Positions 13,620 to 25,903 of a stretch of 64,000 nt of DNA are shown here, piece after piece. The notes under the pieces are model-generated. The model was given only the letters and a program-made list of their open reading frames with translations. It did no database searches and was not told where the DNA came from. A program made the translations under genes and the position numbers. This stretch comes from Chiloscyllium plagiosum (lineage: Eukaryota): assembly GCF_004010195.1 (NCBI RefSeq), contig NC_057752.1, positions 11,704,693-11,768,692 of the forward strand, read 5' to 3'. Positions within the stretch are counted from its first letter, which is position 1; every line of letters starts with the position of its first letter.

Positions 13620-14115
13620 AACACAGAAGGATGCCATTCGGCCCATCGCGTCTGCACTGGTCAACAAAGATCTGACTACACGAAACCCATTTTTCAGCTT
13701 TTGGCCCATAGCCCTGGAGGCTATGGCGATGTAAGTGATTACATACTGCTTAAATGTTTTGAGAGTTTCTAACTCAACCACCCTTTCAGGCAGTGAGTTC
13801 CAGACTCCCACAACCCTCTGGGTGAAAACATTTCTCCTTAATTCTAAGCCTTCCAATTCTCAACTGTAAATCCATCCCCTCTGGCTATTGACCCCTCTAC
13901 TAATTAAAAAAATGCCTTCCTATCTGCCCTATCTATCCCCCTTACAATCTTATGTGCCTTTCTTAGGTCCCCTCTCAACAATCACTGCTTCAAGGAAAAC
14001 AACCCCACCCTATCCAATCTTCCCTCATATCATTGATCCTCCAGCTCAGGCAGCATCCTGATGAATATCTTCTGTATCCTCTCTAGTGCACTTACATCCC
14101 TCCTTTAATGTGACC
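13620..14115 (-). mobile_element. CR1 3' fragment
   Basis: Encodes RRNVFTQRVVGVWNSLPERVV. Confidence 0.85.
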
Positions 14116-14694
14116 AGATAATTGAGTTTCCACTGAAGGGAGACAACGAAAAGAGTGAAAGGAATCCCTGACAGAAGAAAAGTAAATTATATGTTCACTC
14201 CAATCCAACTGAAATTTCTGATTTAATAGTTTGTAATGATCTAACCTTCTGAAAGCTAAATGAAATATTTCCAAATGCAACTGTTGTGGCCTTCCTGCAA
14301 ATTCACAGGAGATGTTGACTGTTCTTACTGCAAGTATTCTGCTCAGGTTGAGAGGTATATTCCTGCAGTTCAAATACAAATCGCTCATCCTTGAAGCGAT
14401 CTGTCCCAACTGGCATACTCTCTCCTTGCAAAGGGGAAAACAAAACATTCGTCAGGTTGTGCAAGGGCAGAATTAAAACAACCGTTTAAATGTGGAATCC
14501 CTCCAGCACACCCCAAGACCTCCTGAAAGCTTCCATTTGAGCCACATTGCTCCAACATTTATACATGAACACTTCCTGCAAACAAAGATATTTGTGGAAA
14601 CTTGTACAAGATTAATTGTATTTAAGGAAATGTTTGGAGACAGAAGTATTAACACCTTCGGCTGGATTTGACTATCATTTGGTGCTGGTACTAA

Positions 14695-14802
<108 letters not shown>

Positions 14803-14949
14803 TGAGTTGGTTTTCTTTGATACTGTCACTGTTCAAACACATTTTACAGCACAGTTTTTTTTCTTCACACCACTGCAAGCTGTACTACTGTAATAGTATT
14901 ATCATACGTATCCAAAGGTGGGGTTGTAGCATTGTTGAAATTACCCTAC

Positions 14950-17900
14950 TGTTATGGACCAGGCCAGACCCTAACTTTACTGTTTGTTTGAAGCAGGTGT
15001 AAACAGAATATGGAAAGATATAGGAGCAACAGAGTGGTGATGGGAGATACTAATTTTCCCAACATTGACTGGGATTCAGTTAGTGCTAGAGGTCTGAATG
15101 GAGCAGAAGTTGTAAGGAGCATCTAGGAGGGATTTATACAGCAGTATGTAAATAGTCCAACTCAGGAAAGGGCCATACTGGACCTGGTGTTGAAGAATGA
15201 GTCCGGCCAGGTGGTTGAAGTTTCAGTAGGGCATTAATTTAGGAATAGCGATCACAATTCCATAAGTTTTAGAATACTCATGGACAAAGATGAGCATGGT
15301 CCTCAAGGAAGAGTGCTAAATTGGGGGAAGGCCAATGATACCAAAATTCAGCAGGAGCTGGGGAATATGGATTAGGAGCAGCTCTTGGAAGGTAAATCCA
15401 CATTTGATATATGGGAGGCTTTTAAAGAGAGGTTGATTAGAGTGCAAGACAGACATGTCCTTGTGAAAATGAGGGATAGAAATGGCAAGATTAGGGAACC
15501 ATGGGTGACAGATGAAGTTGTGAGACTCGCTAAGAGGAAAAAGGAAACATACATAAGGTCTAGGTGACTGAAAACAGATGAAGCTTTGGAAGAATATTGG
15601 GAAAGTAGGACCAATCTGAAATGAGGACTTAAGGGGGCTAAAAGGGGTCATGAAATATCTTTAGCAAAAAGGGTTAAGGAAAATCCCAAAGCCTTTCATT
15701 CGTAGATAAGGAGCAAGAGGGTAACTAGAGAAAGTGTTGGCCCACTCAAGGACAAAGGAGGAAAGTTATGCGTCGAGTCAGAGAAAATGGGTGAGATTCT
15801 TAATGAGTACTTTGCGTTGGTATTCACCGAGGAGAGGGACATGACAGATGTTAAGGTTAGGAATAGATGTTTGATCGCTCTCAGTCAAGTCGGCATAGGG
15901 AGGGAAGAAATGTTGGGTATTCTAAAAGGCATTAAGGTGGTCAAGTCTATCCCAGGTTACTGAAGTAAGCAAGAGAGGAAATAGATGGGACCTTAACAGA
16001 TAGCTTTGCAGCATCCTTGAACACTGGTGAGGTCCCGGAGGACTGAAGAATTGCTAATGTTGCCCCCTTGTGTAAGAAGGGTAACAGGGATAATCCAGGT
16101 AATTATAGACCAGTGAGCCTGATGAGTCAATGGTAGGGAAGCTGCTGGAGAAGGTACTGAGGGATAGGACCTCTTTACATTTGGAAGAAAATGGGCTTAT
16201 CAATGATAGGCAACATGGTTTTGTGTAGGGAAGGTCATGTCTTACCAACTTAATATAATTCTTTGAGGAACTGACAAAGTTGATTGATGAGGGAAGGGCT
16301 ATAGATGTCACATTCATGGACTTCAGTGAGACATTTGATAATGTTCCCCATTGAAGACTGATGGAGAAAGTGAAGTCGCATGAGGTGTACTAGCTAGATG
16401 GATAGAGAACTGGCTGGGCAGCAGGAGACAGAGTTGTAGTGGAAGGGAGTTTCTCAAAATGGAGAACCGTGACCAGTCATGTTCCACAGAGATCCTTGAT
16501 GGGACTATTGTTGTTTGTGATATACATAAATGATTTGGAGGAAGGTATAGGTGGTCTGATTAGCAAGTTTGTAGATGACACTAAGATTGGTGGAGGGGCA
16601 GATAGTGAAGGGGACTGTCAGAGAATGCAGCAGAATATAGATAGATTGGAGACTTGGGCAGAGAAATGGCAGATGGTGTACAATCCGGGCAAATGCAAGG
16701 TGATGCATTTTGGAAGATCCAATTCAAGAGCGAACTATACAGTAAATGGAAAAGCCCTGGGGAACATTGATGTGCAGAGAGATCTGGGTGTTCAGGTCCA
16801 TTATACCCTGAAGGTGGCAACGCAGGTCGATAGAGTGGTCAGGATGGTTTCCTTCATCGGATGGGGTATTGAGTACAAGAGTTGGCAGGTCATGTTACAG
16901 TTGTATAGGACTTTGGTTCGGCCACAAGTGAAATACTGCGTACAATTCTGCTCGCCACATTACCAAAAGGATGTGGATGCTTTGGAGAGGGTGCAGAGGA
17001 GGGTCACCAGGATGTTCCCTGGTATGGAGGACACTAGCTGTGAAGAGAGGTTGAGTAGATTAGGATTATTTTCATTAGAAAGACAGAGGTTGAGGGGGGA
17101 CCTGATTGAGGTCTACAAAATCATGAGAGGTACAGACAGGGTGGATAGCAAGAAGCTTTTTCCCAGAGTGGGGGACTCAGTTACTGGGGGTCATGAGTTC
17201 AAGGTGAGAGGGGAAAAGTTGAAGGGAGATATGTGTGGGGAGTGCTTTACGCTGAGGGTGGTGGGTGCCTGGAAAGTGTAGCCAGCGGAAGTGGTAGAGG
17301 CGGGCATGATAGCGTCACTTAAGATGTATCTAGACAGATACATGAATGGGCAGGGAGCAGAGGGACACCAATCCTTAGAAACTAGGTGACAGGTTTAGAT
17401 AGAGGATCTGGATCAGCACAGGCTTGGAGGGCCGAAGGGCCTATTCCTGGGCTATAATTTTCTTTGTTCTAAAGTGGATATTCCAGAAGTGATGCAGCTG
17501 CTCAAACCACTAGGTTTTAAACAAAACAAACTTTAATTACACAAACAAAGGAGAACAGAATATAGAAGTAGCTTAACCTATCCAAAAACCCAACAGACTG
17601 TCCTGTATTGTTCCAAATGCTTGCACCAATCCCCATAAACACCCTTTGGCACAAAAGATAAAATCAAACACAGGGCTTTACAGGAGAGAGTGAAATGGCA
17701 GAGAGATTCAGCATGGAACACCCTCTTCCATGTATCTGTTTCTTGGACCAGCAGTCTCAAACTGACTGACTGCTTTCAGTGAACAGCCAAACTGCTAAAG
17801 GTCAAACCAGAGAAAAGCTGAGCTGGGAAAACTGGCAGCTCCCCTTTCATTGTACAGGTGTTTTTTTTTTAAATAACTTGAAAACCTTTTGCATGAGACA

Positions 17901-18024
17901 GTGTCAGTTAGCAATAATCAAACTGGCCCTAAAACTTAGACTTTTCAGAATTGCTGCTTTTATGATCTCTCTGGAAAAAAAGGCCAAGGACAGCATAACT
18001 TTGTTAAAGGAGCAGCATTGTACA
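14950..18024. mobile_element. Solo LTR interrupted by a CR1
   Basis: TGTT...TACA ends with 4-bp TSD CTAC at 14946-14949 and 18025-18028. Related copy at 49773-50275. Confidence 0.7.
15004..17470 (+). mobile_element. CR1 LINE, 5'-truncated (endonuclease end through RT and 3' UTR)
   Basis: GDTNFPNIDW and LDLVL endonuclease-like codons. 280-aa ORF at 16439-17281 with SKFVDDTKIGG. Confidence 0.93.
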
Positions 18025-18191
18025 CTACATTGCACAGACCATTATCCCAACTATCTCATTGTATTAATACAAGCAGATCTCATTCCCTCTGAACTGTCCC
18101 AGGGATCACTGATGGGGAAATGTACTATGTGAAGTAATCCAGTGATGCGTGACAGATCTATTCTTCAAACATGCTCATACCATCCGTCTGA

Positions 18192-18317
<126 letters not shown>

Positions 18318-18422
18318 TGAATATTACATGAAGAAGAATATATCTTTTGCCTGAAGTGAATTGTATATGTCAGGATTTTTTTCTTGAAAAACATTTTGAA
18401 GCATTCTTATATTATTTTGCAG

Positions 18423-18515
18423 AACAACTGTTTGTCTCGACCCAACATCTATATAAACTCAGATATAGAACCTAAGTTACTGAGTAAACTGAAAGACATC
18501 ATTAAGAGGCACCAG
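18423..18515 (+). CDS. SMARCC2: SMARCC2 exon 5 (93 nt)
   Basis: ttttgcag|...|gtatgt. Encodes [31 protein letters not shown]. Confidence 0.96.
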
Positions 18516-19607
18516 GTATGTTTGTTTGATGACAGTTAAGTTGGAATTAGCCTGGTTGTAATATTGCAACACAAGTCTCCAGTTCAGTATTAGCAGGAAA
18601 AACTCTTAGTTTTTCTGGCTATTTCGATATTTCAAAATGTAGCACCCTTCACTCATCTCAAGTGAGCATGTGCATTCTTAATATTAGACATATGTATTTC
18701 CTGGGATCACTTTGAATTCCTCTTCACCAGTTTACAACGTGATTCCATTAGGTTTTGAGACTTTTAGCTTAGTTTTTCCCCTACTACATTATGCAGTCCT
18801 ATCTTGCACTATGTTATCCCATGTTGGCAATGCTATATACTGGTCAAGCAAATGGCACAGAAGCATTTGATCACATTTCCCTTATGCCAGCCTATTTTAG
18901 CATAATTTAAGTCCCCCATTATTACTACTCTACTGCTACTGAAAATCTTTAGGTTGCCTGTAGATCTCACTGTTGATCATGTACTTGCTATTCAGTGGTT
19001 TGCCAATGTATTCCCAATAGAGTCACAGATCCTTGATCAGCTCAGTTCAGATAAGCTTTCCATGACCATTCATTGCCAGCCCATAAATGCACCGGAGTGG
19101 AAGTTGTAATGATGGTGGGTCACTTTTGAACCACTACTATGAGCATTCCAAGATCTTGATCTGCCAATAATAATGAAACACATTTTGGTGAGCTTTTTTT
19201 AATTTTGCTGCCTCTAAGTAATCTGGTGGATAGAAATGGTCCATGTTGCTTGTGACAGTAATAGTATCAGATCCCAAGGCTGCATTGAAAAGACTCAGTT
19301 GTGTAGTGCCATTAGTTCTCCAGGGCGAGCCCATCTGATTGTTCTTTCTTTCGTGCTCATGGACCATACTTAGCTCAGCTCATCTCCTGGATAATGACAT
19401 ACATAGTCCAGAATCCTGGATGCAAACTTCATCTGCCATTCCTTAGTGCTGCTTGTTGTATGGGCAGATTTATGTGTTCTTGCTTAAATATGCCTAGCCT
19501 TATTTCACTGGAGAGACATTTGGCTCTTTCTTTTCTGAAGTATTCTTTTTATTAAGCCATGACTATGTCTGTCTTTGTGCCTTAATTATTTAAATGCTTT
19601 TCAACAG

Positions 19608-19677
19608 GGTACTGTTACTGAGGACAAGTCAAATGCTTCACACGTTGTTTACCCTATTCCCGGCAGCACTGAAGAAG
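19608..19677 (+). CDS. SMARCC2: SMARCC2 exon 6 (70 nt)
   Basis: tttcaacag|...|gtgagt. Encodes [23 protein letters not shown](E). Confidence 0.95.
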
Positions 19678-20456
19678 GTGAGTTTTGTGGTTCTCCGTTT
19701 TCTCAATCCAGTATATAGTCTTAGTTGCTTAGTCAAGTGAGTTCACTTTGTCATTCTGAACTGAGTGGTTACTTCTTAACATTTGGTTTTCAACTTGAGC
19801 AGATTTGTTGTTTGTAGTAGGTGTTGGTTTGGAATTCTGTTTTGTCCTGGGCCAGCTGAATTTGGAATTTCCAGTGTTCTTGAAATTATTTCCAGAATCA
19901 TGAATCTTTTCCTACTCAAACATATGAAGTTATCCAGGAAAAATGTTCCCCAGTGACAATAGGCGCAATGAGTAAGGTTGCTGAGCATTAGGTTTATGAA
20001 GATTATGTGACTCAGGCTCTGATTTTTCCTCTGTTTATGTCTTTTGTTCTGCTTTTTCGGACAGGCATTCCTGAAATGTTTATGTTCCAGTCCTGAAGGT
20101 GATATGTGGAGTCTGGTAACTGGATACATTTCCAGAAGACTTAACAACTCATTTATATTCATAGTGCGACTGATGGAGTAATGGCGCTTGATTATCAGCT
20201 CTCTCTTTCTGTCACCATTCATAATAAAAACAGCATGGCTGACCAGTTCTCTTCACTATTCCAGTCATTCCAACATTAGTTTGGAAAAGGATCCAAGTTG
20301 AACTGGTCATTGCAATGCTGTGATCAGACCAACTGTTGACATTCAGTCTATATTCTGGAAGCCAGGAATCTTGGATTGAGTTACACATCTGTGTGTTAAA
20401 AGTCCAAAATCAACAGGAGGTTGGTGGCACCATAAAATAGTGTTTATTACAGTAAG

Positions 20457-20634
20457 GAGAAAGTGAGGTCTGCAGATGCTGGAGATCAGAGCTAAAAATG
20501 TGTTGCTGGAAAAGCGCAGCAGGTCAGGCAGCATCCAGGGAACAGGAGAATCGACGTTTCGGGATTCCTGAAGAAGGGCTTATGCCCGAAACGTCGATTC
20601 TCCTGTTCCCTGGATGCTGCCTGACCTGCTGCGC
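20457..20634. mobile_element. Family A inverted-repeat PLE-derived element
   Basis: 14-bp TSD TTTATTACAGTAAG at 20443-20456 and 20635-20648. Perfect 53-bp arms at 20511-20563 and 20585-20637. Confidence 0.9.
20564..20599 (+). ncRNA. Minimal type I hammerhead ribozyme motif
   Basis: attc-CTGAAGA-A-GGGC ttat GCCC-GAAA-CGTC-gatt. Confidence 0.7.
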
Positions 20635-21120
20635 TTTATTACAGTAAGTCCTCACTTCACGTTGCAGTTGTAACTTTAAGTGAAAATTGATTTCCATAGG
20701 AATCCATGTTAAAGACAGAGTTACATTCCTGCAGACAGCTTTTTCTTTTGGGAAAAAATCTTTGTACAGATTCAAATAATGTCCTGTATGTGTATTCCTA
20801 GCTGAAATAACTTGAAACATAAAATTAATAACTAAATATAAAATCTGGGTAGTTAGCTACGTCAGGACATTTCTCAACAGAAAACAACGTGAAAACATTA
20901 AGTTGAAAAAGTGTACATTCCAAAGTACCTATATTCATAAATAAAATACCCTTTAAAATAAAGCCAGCCTCCAAAATAAAGAGGAAATGCAATATATATG
21001 TAATTACTAGACATAAATATTGAGTAAATTCTCTTGAAGTTTTAATTGGCCAGGCTGTATCTAATGGCAAAAGCTGGTCAGTGCAAGCAGAACAATTTAC
21101 ATTGACATATGTCTGCTGTG

Positions 21121-21370
21121 ATTTGGAGGAGCCGGTGTTGGACTAGGGTGGGCAAAGTTAAAAATCACACAACACCATGTTATAATCCAACAGGTTTATT
21201 TGGAAGCACTAGCTTTCAAAGTACTGTTTCTTCATCTGGTGGTTGTGAAGCAGGACCATAAGACACATAATTTATCGCAAAAGATTCCAGTCTCATGCAG
21301 CTGGAATGATATATGGAATAAATCTAGATTTAAGTCTTTCATCTTTTAGAATGAGTTTGCTAGGTTCGGT
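21121..21370 (-). mobile_element. Family B element, longer degenerate copy
   Basis: AAAGTTAAAAATCACACAACACCA... shared with 37339-37549. Hammerhead core decayed. Confidence 0.75.
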
Positions 21371-21496
21371 CTGCTGCAAACTTAAACTGAAACTCGCAGT
21401 GTTAAAATTTTTGACTGTGTTGGTTTTATATTTTTGTCTTATTAAATTTAAATACAGGTTATCTCCATCTAAATGGAGACATTCCAATAACATTCC

Positions 21497-21708
21497 AATA
21501 AAAACAAAATACTGTAGATGCTGGGAATCTGAAACAAACAGAATGCTGAAGAAAGTTAGCGGGTCTGGCAGCATCTGTGGAGAGAGGAACAAAGTTAATG
21601 TATTAAAACAAGTATGACACCTCTTCTACAGAACTAGTTCCAAAGAAGAGTCATACCTGACTCAAAATATTACTGCTGATTTCCTTCAGCATTTTGTGTT
21701 TGTTTCAG
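21497..21708. mobile_element. Family C inverted-repeat PLE-like short element (degenerate hammerhead)
   Basis: Terminus ACTGTAGATGCTGG. AAGAAGAGTCATACCTGACTCAAAA resembles a decayed CTGAAGA-stem-GAAA. Related copies at 45565-45680 and 54620-54745. Confidence 0.6.
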
Positions 21709-23905
21709 TTCAACATTGTTCCCTACAGATTCCTGTGTGGCCTGCCTGCTCTCGAGAATTTTCACCATACTTTTGCTCGCCCTGAATTTCTATTCTTGCC
21801 CTCAGTTCCTCTTCACTGCGCATTCTTTATACTTCTGGTGTTGGCTTTTTCTGCTGCCAGCAGTTCCAAATTTATGATCAAATCTTGGGCTCCACACTGT
21901 AGCAGACATGTGTCAGTGTCAGTTGTTCTGTCTGCACCGACCAGCTTCTGCCATTAGATGGAGCCTGAATTTTTATTGATGACTTCAAATGAAAATGACC
22001 TGTACTTAAATCTAATAAGACAAAAATATAAAACCAATACAGTTAGAAATTCTGGATCTAACATCTGAGCTATATCATGTGTTAAAAATGTACATTACAG
22101 TTATTCAATTGGCTCATATTACTTCTAAATAAAATCAATATTTGATGCTTCCACCTTTCAGAAAATTGTGGTAGGGTTAGGGTTAGATTGATAGGATAAT
22201 ATCCTATCTAGAAACAACCAACCAGATCCTTGGTCCCTCCTCCTTTTGCTTATTGTGCTACCCTAACTTTGCTATACTCTTCCCCAAATCCCTCACCATG
22301 TCCCTTTGCCCTGACCAACCCACTCTATTACTTATTTCCGTCCTCTTAGCCTGCTGCACTATCTAGTGTCGCCTATTCTGGATTGATATGTTCCAAGGAT
22401 TTTATATCATCTCCCATGCAAACGAACAGCCTCTTTTCCCCCATCTCCAACCACTCTTCAGAGAAACATGTGCAGTTTTTAATGCCACTAAGACTAATCA
22501 CCTCACTGCTCACAGCAATGATGCAGGCTAGCTTTAACTGTAGTTATGAGGTTATGATTCTGGGTCCTCCATTGGTTTGTGATCTGTGTGGTTGCTAGCT
22601 GCATGCAACAACTTTATAATGCTCCCAAATTAGACACAAAGTTACTGCCTGCCTTTGAATCAGTGGATGTGAGTCAATCATGCATTGCAATCCTCACATC
22701 TGCTTTTGAGGTTATCAAATTTATCCCTCAAGCACTTTGCAGCTTTTGTATGAAAAATTACGTGAATAAAGATGTTACAAGTCACTTACCATCTGTTTTC
22801 AAGTCTTTGGGATAAAAGACCCAAAGAGTACAAGTCATGGTACAGAATGAGGACACACACTAAGGTAGGAGGCACAGACCCTTGGGTGTGAGTGCTAATA
22901 AGCCTCCCAGCAATGTGACTGTTATTACCTGGAGGAAGAATCCACTGGCAATGAGAACCAGTTCCCTCACTTCTTATCCTCCTACTCCAACAAAGTCTTT
23001 TAAAGGGTATAACAGCCTCCCTGAGGATGGCAAGATAACATAGTGGGCACTCTCCATTTCTTCCTTATCCATCCTGCACAACAGCACACCTGTCTGAAAT
23101 GGGGTTTTTCACGATGTTGAGACAGCTCTCCTCATGCCAGTTACTTAGAAGCACAACTCTAAAATTCAGATGATCTTAACCTCCAGCTCAAAACTTTCAT
23201 ACCCCACATCTCTTAGTTCACCTTTCTCAAGTCACTTTGCACATACACCTAAATTGATACTATTCCCCTCATTAACTCTTCTTGCAGGAGAAGTCAGTGC
23301 AGCTTGTCCATCAGAGACCAGTGACTTGAGGGGCTATCTCCACTTTTAAATCCTTTTAAAAGTGAATGGGATTCAACTCTGCGTTTTCTGTGGGAGTTGA
23401 GAAAGTTGGTGGATTCTTGCTAGCACCAGGTGAGCAGCTGAGCTCTTAATTGGCTGCCATATAAAACAGACACATACGAATATCCAGCTGTTTCTCTGCT
23501 TTCTTAATCTCAGTGGGACAATTATTACCTCTTATTTAGCCTCTGTGCTTCTCTTCTGTAAATTCATCATAAGATGGGAAGGGTGGTCAAGGGAGTAGTA
23601 AGACGCTGAGGAAGGTATGGTGAGTTGATTGCAACAGTAACAAGGGAGAAGAGATAATACCAGCCCATCCAGCATTTCCAGCCCTACGTTAATGTGTATT
23701 AACCCTCGTTAACACCAAAACACCATAAGACATCGGAGCAGAAGTAGGCCATTCAGCCTATCACCTCTGCTGTACTATTCACTTAAATCATGGCTGAGAT
23801 AGACAGATTTTTAATCAGTAAGGAAATCCAGGGTTATAGGAAAAAGGCAGGAAAGTGGTGTTGAAGATTATCGGATCACCCCCCCCAACTAATTTAAAGT
23901 TCTCT

Positions 23906-24062
23906 TCAAAGTTTGTGAAGCGGCAGAGACAAACCACTACAAATGCTGGAGGAAACATCACAGAAGCGCTTCACAAGAGTCTCCCAAGCACTGAGGATGT
24001 CACCTAGACAAGGGACGAAACGTCTGCAACACAAATTCCCAGCTCAGTGAACAGAACCACAA
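23906..24062 (+). mobile_element. Poseidon-type PLE 3' end, short insertion
   Basis: 11-bp TSD TAAAGTTCTCT at 23895-23905 and 24063-24073. Matches the 3' end of the 37245-38330 element. Confidence 0.85.
23988..24027 (+). ncRNA. Minimal type I hammerhead ribozyme motif
   Basis: gca-CTGAGGA-T-GTC(acctagacaagg)GAC-GAAA-CGTC-tgc. Confidence 0.72.
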
Positions 24063-24214
24063 TAAAGTTCTCTCTACAGCTGTTAGACACTGGTCCCAGA
24101 ACAGGTCATGTGAAGCCCATCCCTACAGAACAGTTTTCTACCCCAGTGGTGGTGCCATCATCCAATGGACTGAAAGACATTCCTTCCGCACGAGTGTTTG
24201 AGCCATGTATTTAA

Positions 24215-24770
24215 CTCATAGTGTCATTTAGCATGGACCCTTCAGTCCAACCTGTCCATACCGACCAGACATCCCAGTCTTGCTTAGTCCCATTTACCAG
24301 CATTTAGCCCATATCCCCCTCAACCTTTCCTATCCATGTACCCATCCAGATGCCTTTTAGATGTTGTAAGTGTATCCACCTCCACTTCCTCTGACAGATC
24401 ATTCCGTACACAAACCACCCTCTGCATGAAAAAGTTGCTCCTTAGGTCCTCTTTAAATCTTTCCTCTCTCACCTTCAGCCTGTGCCCTCTAGTTTTGGAC
24501 CCCCCCCCCACTCCCAACCTGGGAAAAAGACTGTGGCTATTCACCCTATTCATGTCCCTCATAATTTTATAAACTTCTGTAAGGTTTACCCCTCAGCATC
24601 CAACGCTCCAGGGGAAAGAAATCCCGGCGTATTCAGCCTGTCCATACAAGTCGAGCCCTCCAGTCCCAGCAACGTCCTTGTAAATCTCTTCTGAAGCCTT
24701 TCAAGTTCAGCAACATCTTTCCTATAGAAGGCTGACCAGAATTGTGTGTGGTATTCGAAAATACTCATCA
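24215..24770 (-). mobile_element. CR1 3' fragment
   Basis: Encodes KTRGHRLKVR..., ELERLQKRFTR. Confidence 0.88.
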
Positions 24771-24779
24771 ATGATATAC

Positions 24780-25275
24780 AACTAACTCCTTGACTTTATT
24801 TACTCTATGCCAGTTTGCTTGTGGCTCAGGTAGTAATCCAGAGATTATTACTTTGGAGATTCTGCTTTCTAATTTAGCTCCTAATTATTCAAAGGCTTTC
24901 AGCAGAACCTCTTTTCTCGTCCTACCAATGTTGCTACCACAGTGAATGACGGCGACTGGATCCCTCCCCTTCCTCTCCAGGTTCTACTGCAGCCTTAAGG
25001 AGATGTTCTTAACCCTGGTGCCTGGCAAGCAACACAGCTTTTGGGGCTCACGTTTATGGCTTCAAAGAACAGCATCTAACCCCTTAATTATTACTGTTTG
25101 CTACCACTACTACATTCCTATTTCTTCTCTCACTTGAATGGCTCCTTGTACTAAGGTGCTGTGGTCAGTTTACTCATCCTCTCTTCAGTCCCCACTCTCA
25201 TCTGTGCAGCTTGCAAGAACCTCATAACCACTGGACAACTGCAAGGGCTGAAGCTCCTGATTTTTAACCCCCTAA
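24780..25275 (-). mobile_element. Old CR1 ORF1 (esterase-like) remnant
   Basis: Minus strand reads NIGRTRKEVLLKAFE*LGAKLESRISKVIISGLLPEP. Confidence 0.7.
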
Positions 25276-25563
25276 ATGTTCAAGATGGTGCCGCAGTAGC
25301 AGGACTGAGCCCAGGGCTCGTCCACTCCCATCTGCTTTCTTTCACTTTTCTTTCTTCTTTTTGCTTTTGCTCTTTTTTTTCCTTTTCTTTAAAGCCTGGA
25401 GAATAGCAGGTGAAGGGGGAGGCCTCCTGCAGCAGTAGCGCCAAGTCGAGCCAGACACTGCTCCACCCCAACTTCGGGTCTCCCAGCAAGTGAGAAGCAG
25501 GTCCAGGACTGACTCTCCCAGCCCAAACTCGCAGGCTGAGCTGAGGCTCCGGGTCCATGCCTA

Positions 25564-25903
25564 GGCCCAAGATGCATGAAGGAGCCGTAGCGTTGGCAAA
25601 AGGGATGGAGGACCCCATCGACCTATGGCAGGTAGAAGCATCTGGAGGAGTGATGGATGAGGAACAGTAGGTACGGAACCCGTGCATTCCCAGGCCTGTG
25701 GCTCCAGTTCAGATGTGGTAATTGCAATTGTGAGGCCCAAGATGCATGAAGGAGACGTAGCGTTGGCAAAAGGGATGGAGGACCCCATTGACCTATGGCA
25801 GGTAGAAGCATCTGGAGGAGTGATGGATGAGGAACAGTAGGTATGGAACCCGTGCATTCCCAGGACTGTGGCTCCAGTTCAGATGTGGTAATTGCAATTG
25901 TGA
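25564..25903. repeat. Tandem duplication, 2 x 170 bp
   Basis: Units 25564-25733 and 25734-25903; four substitutions seen. Confidence 0.92.

Noticed and set aside
20457..20634. Hairpins as miRNA precursors, CRISPR repeats or terminators
   Set aside because: They are TSD-flanked derivatives of the PLE 3' end, with no spacer array, in a eukaryotic intron.
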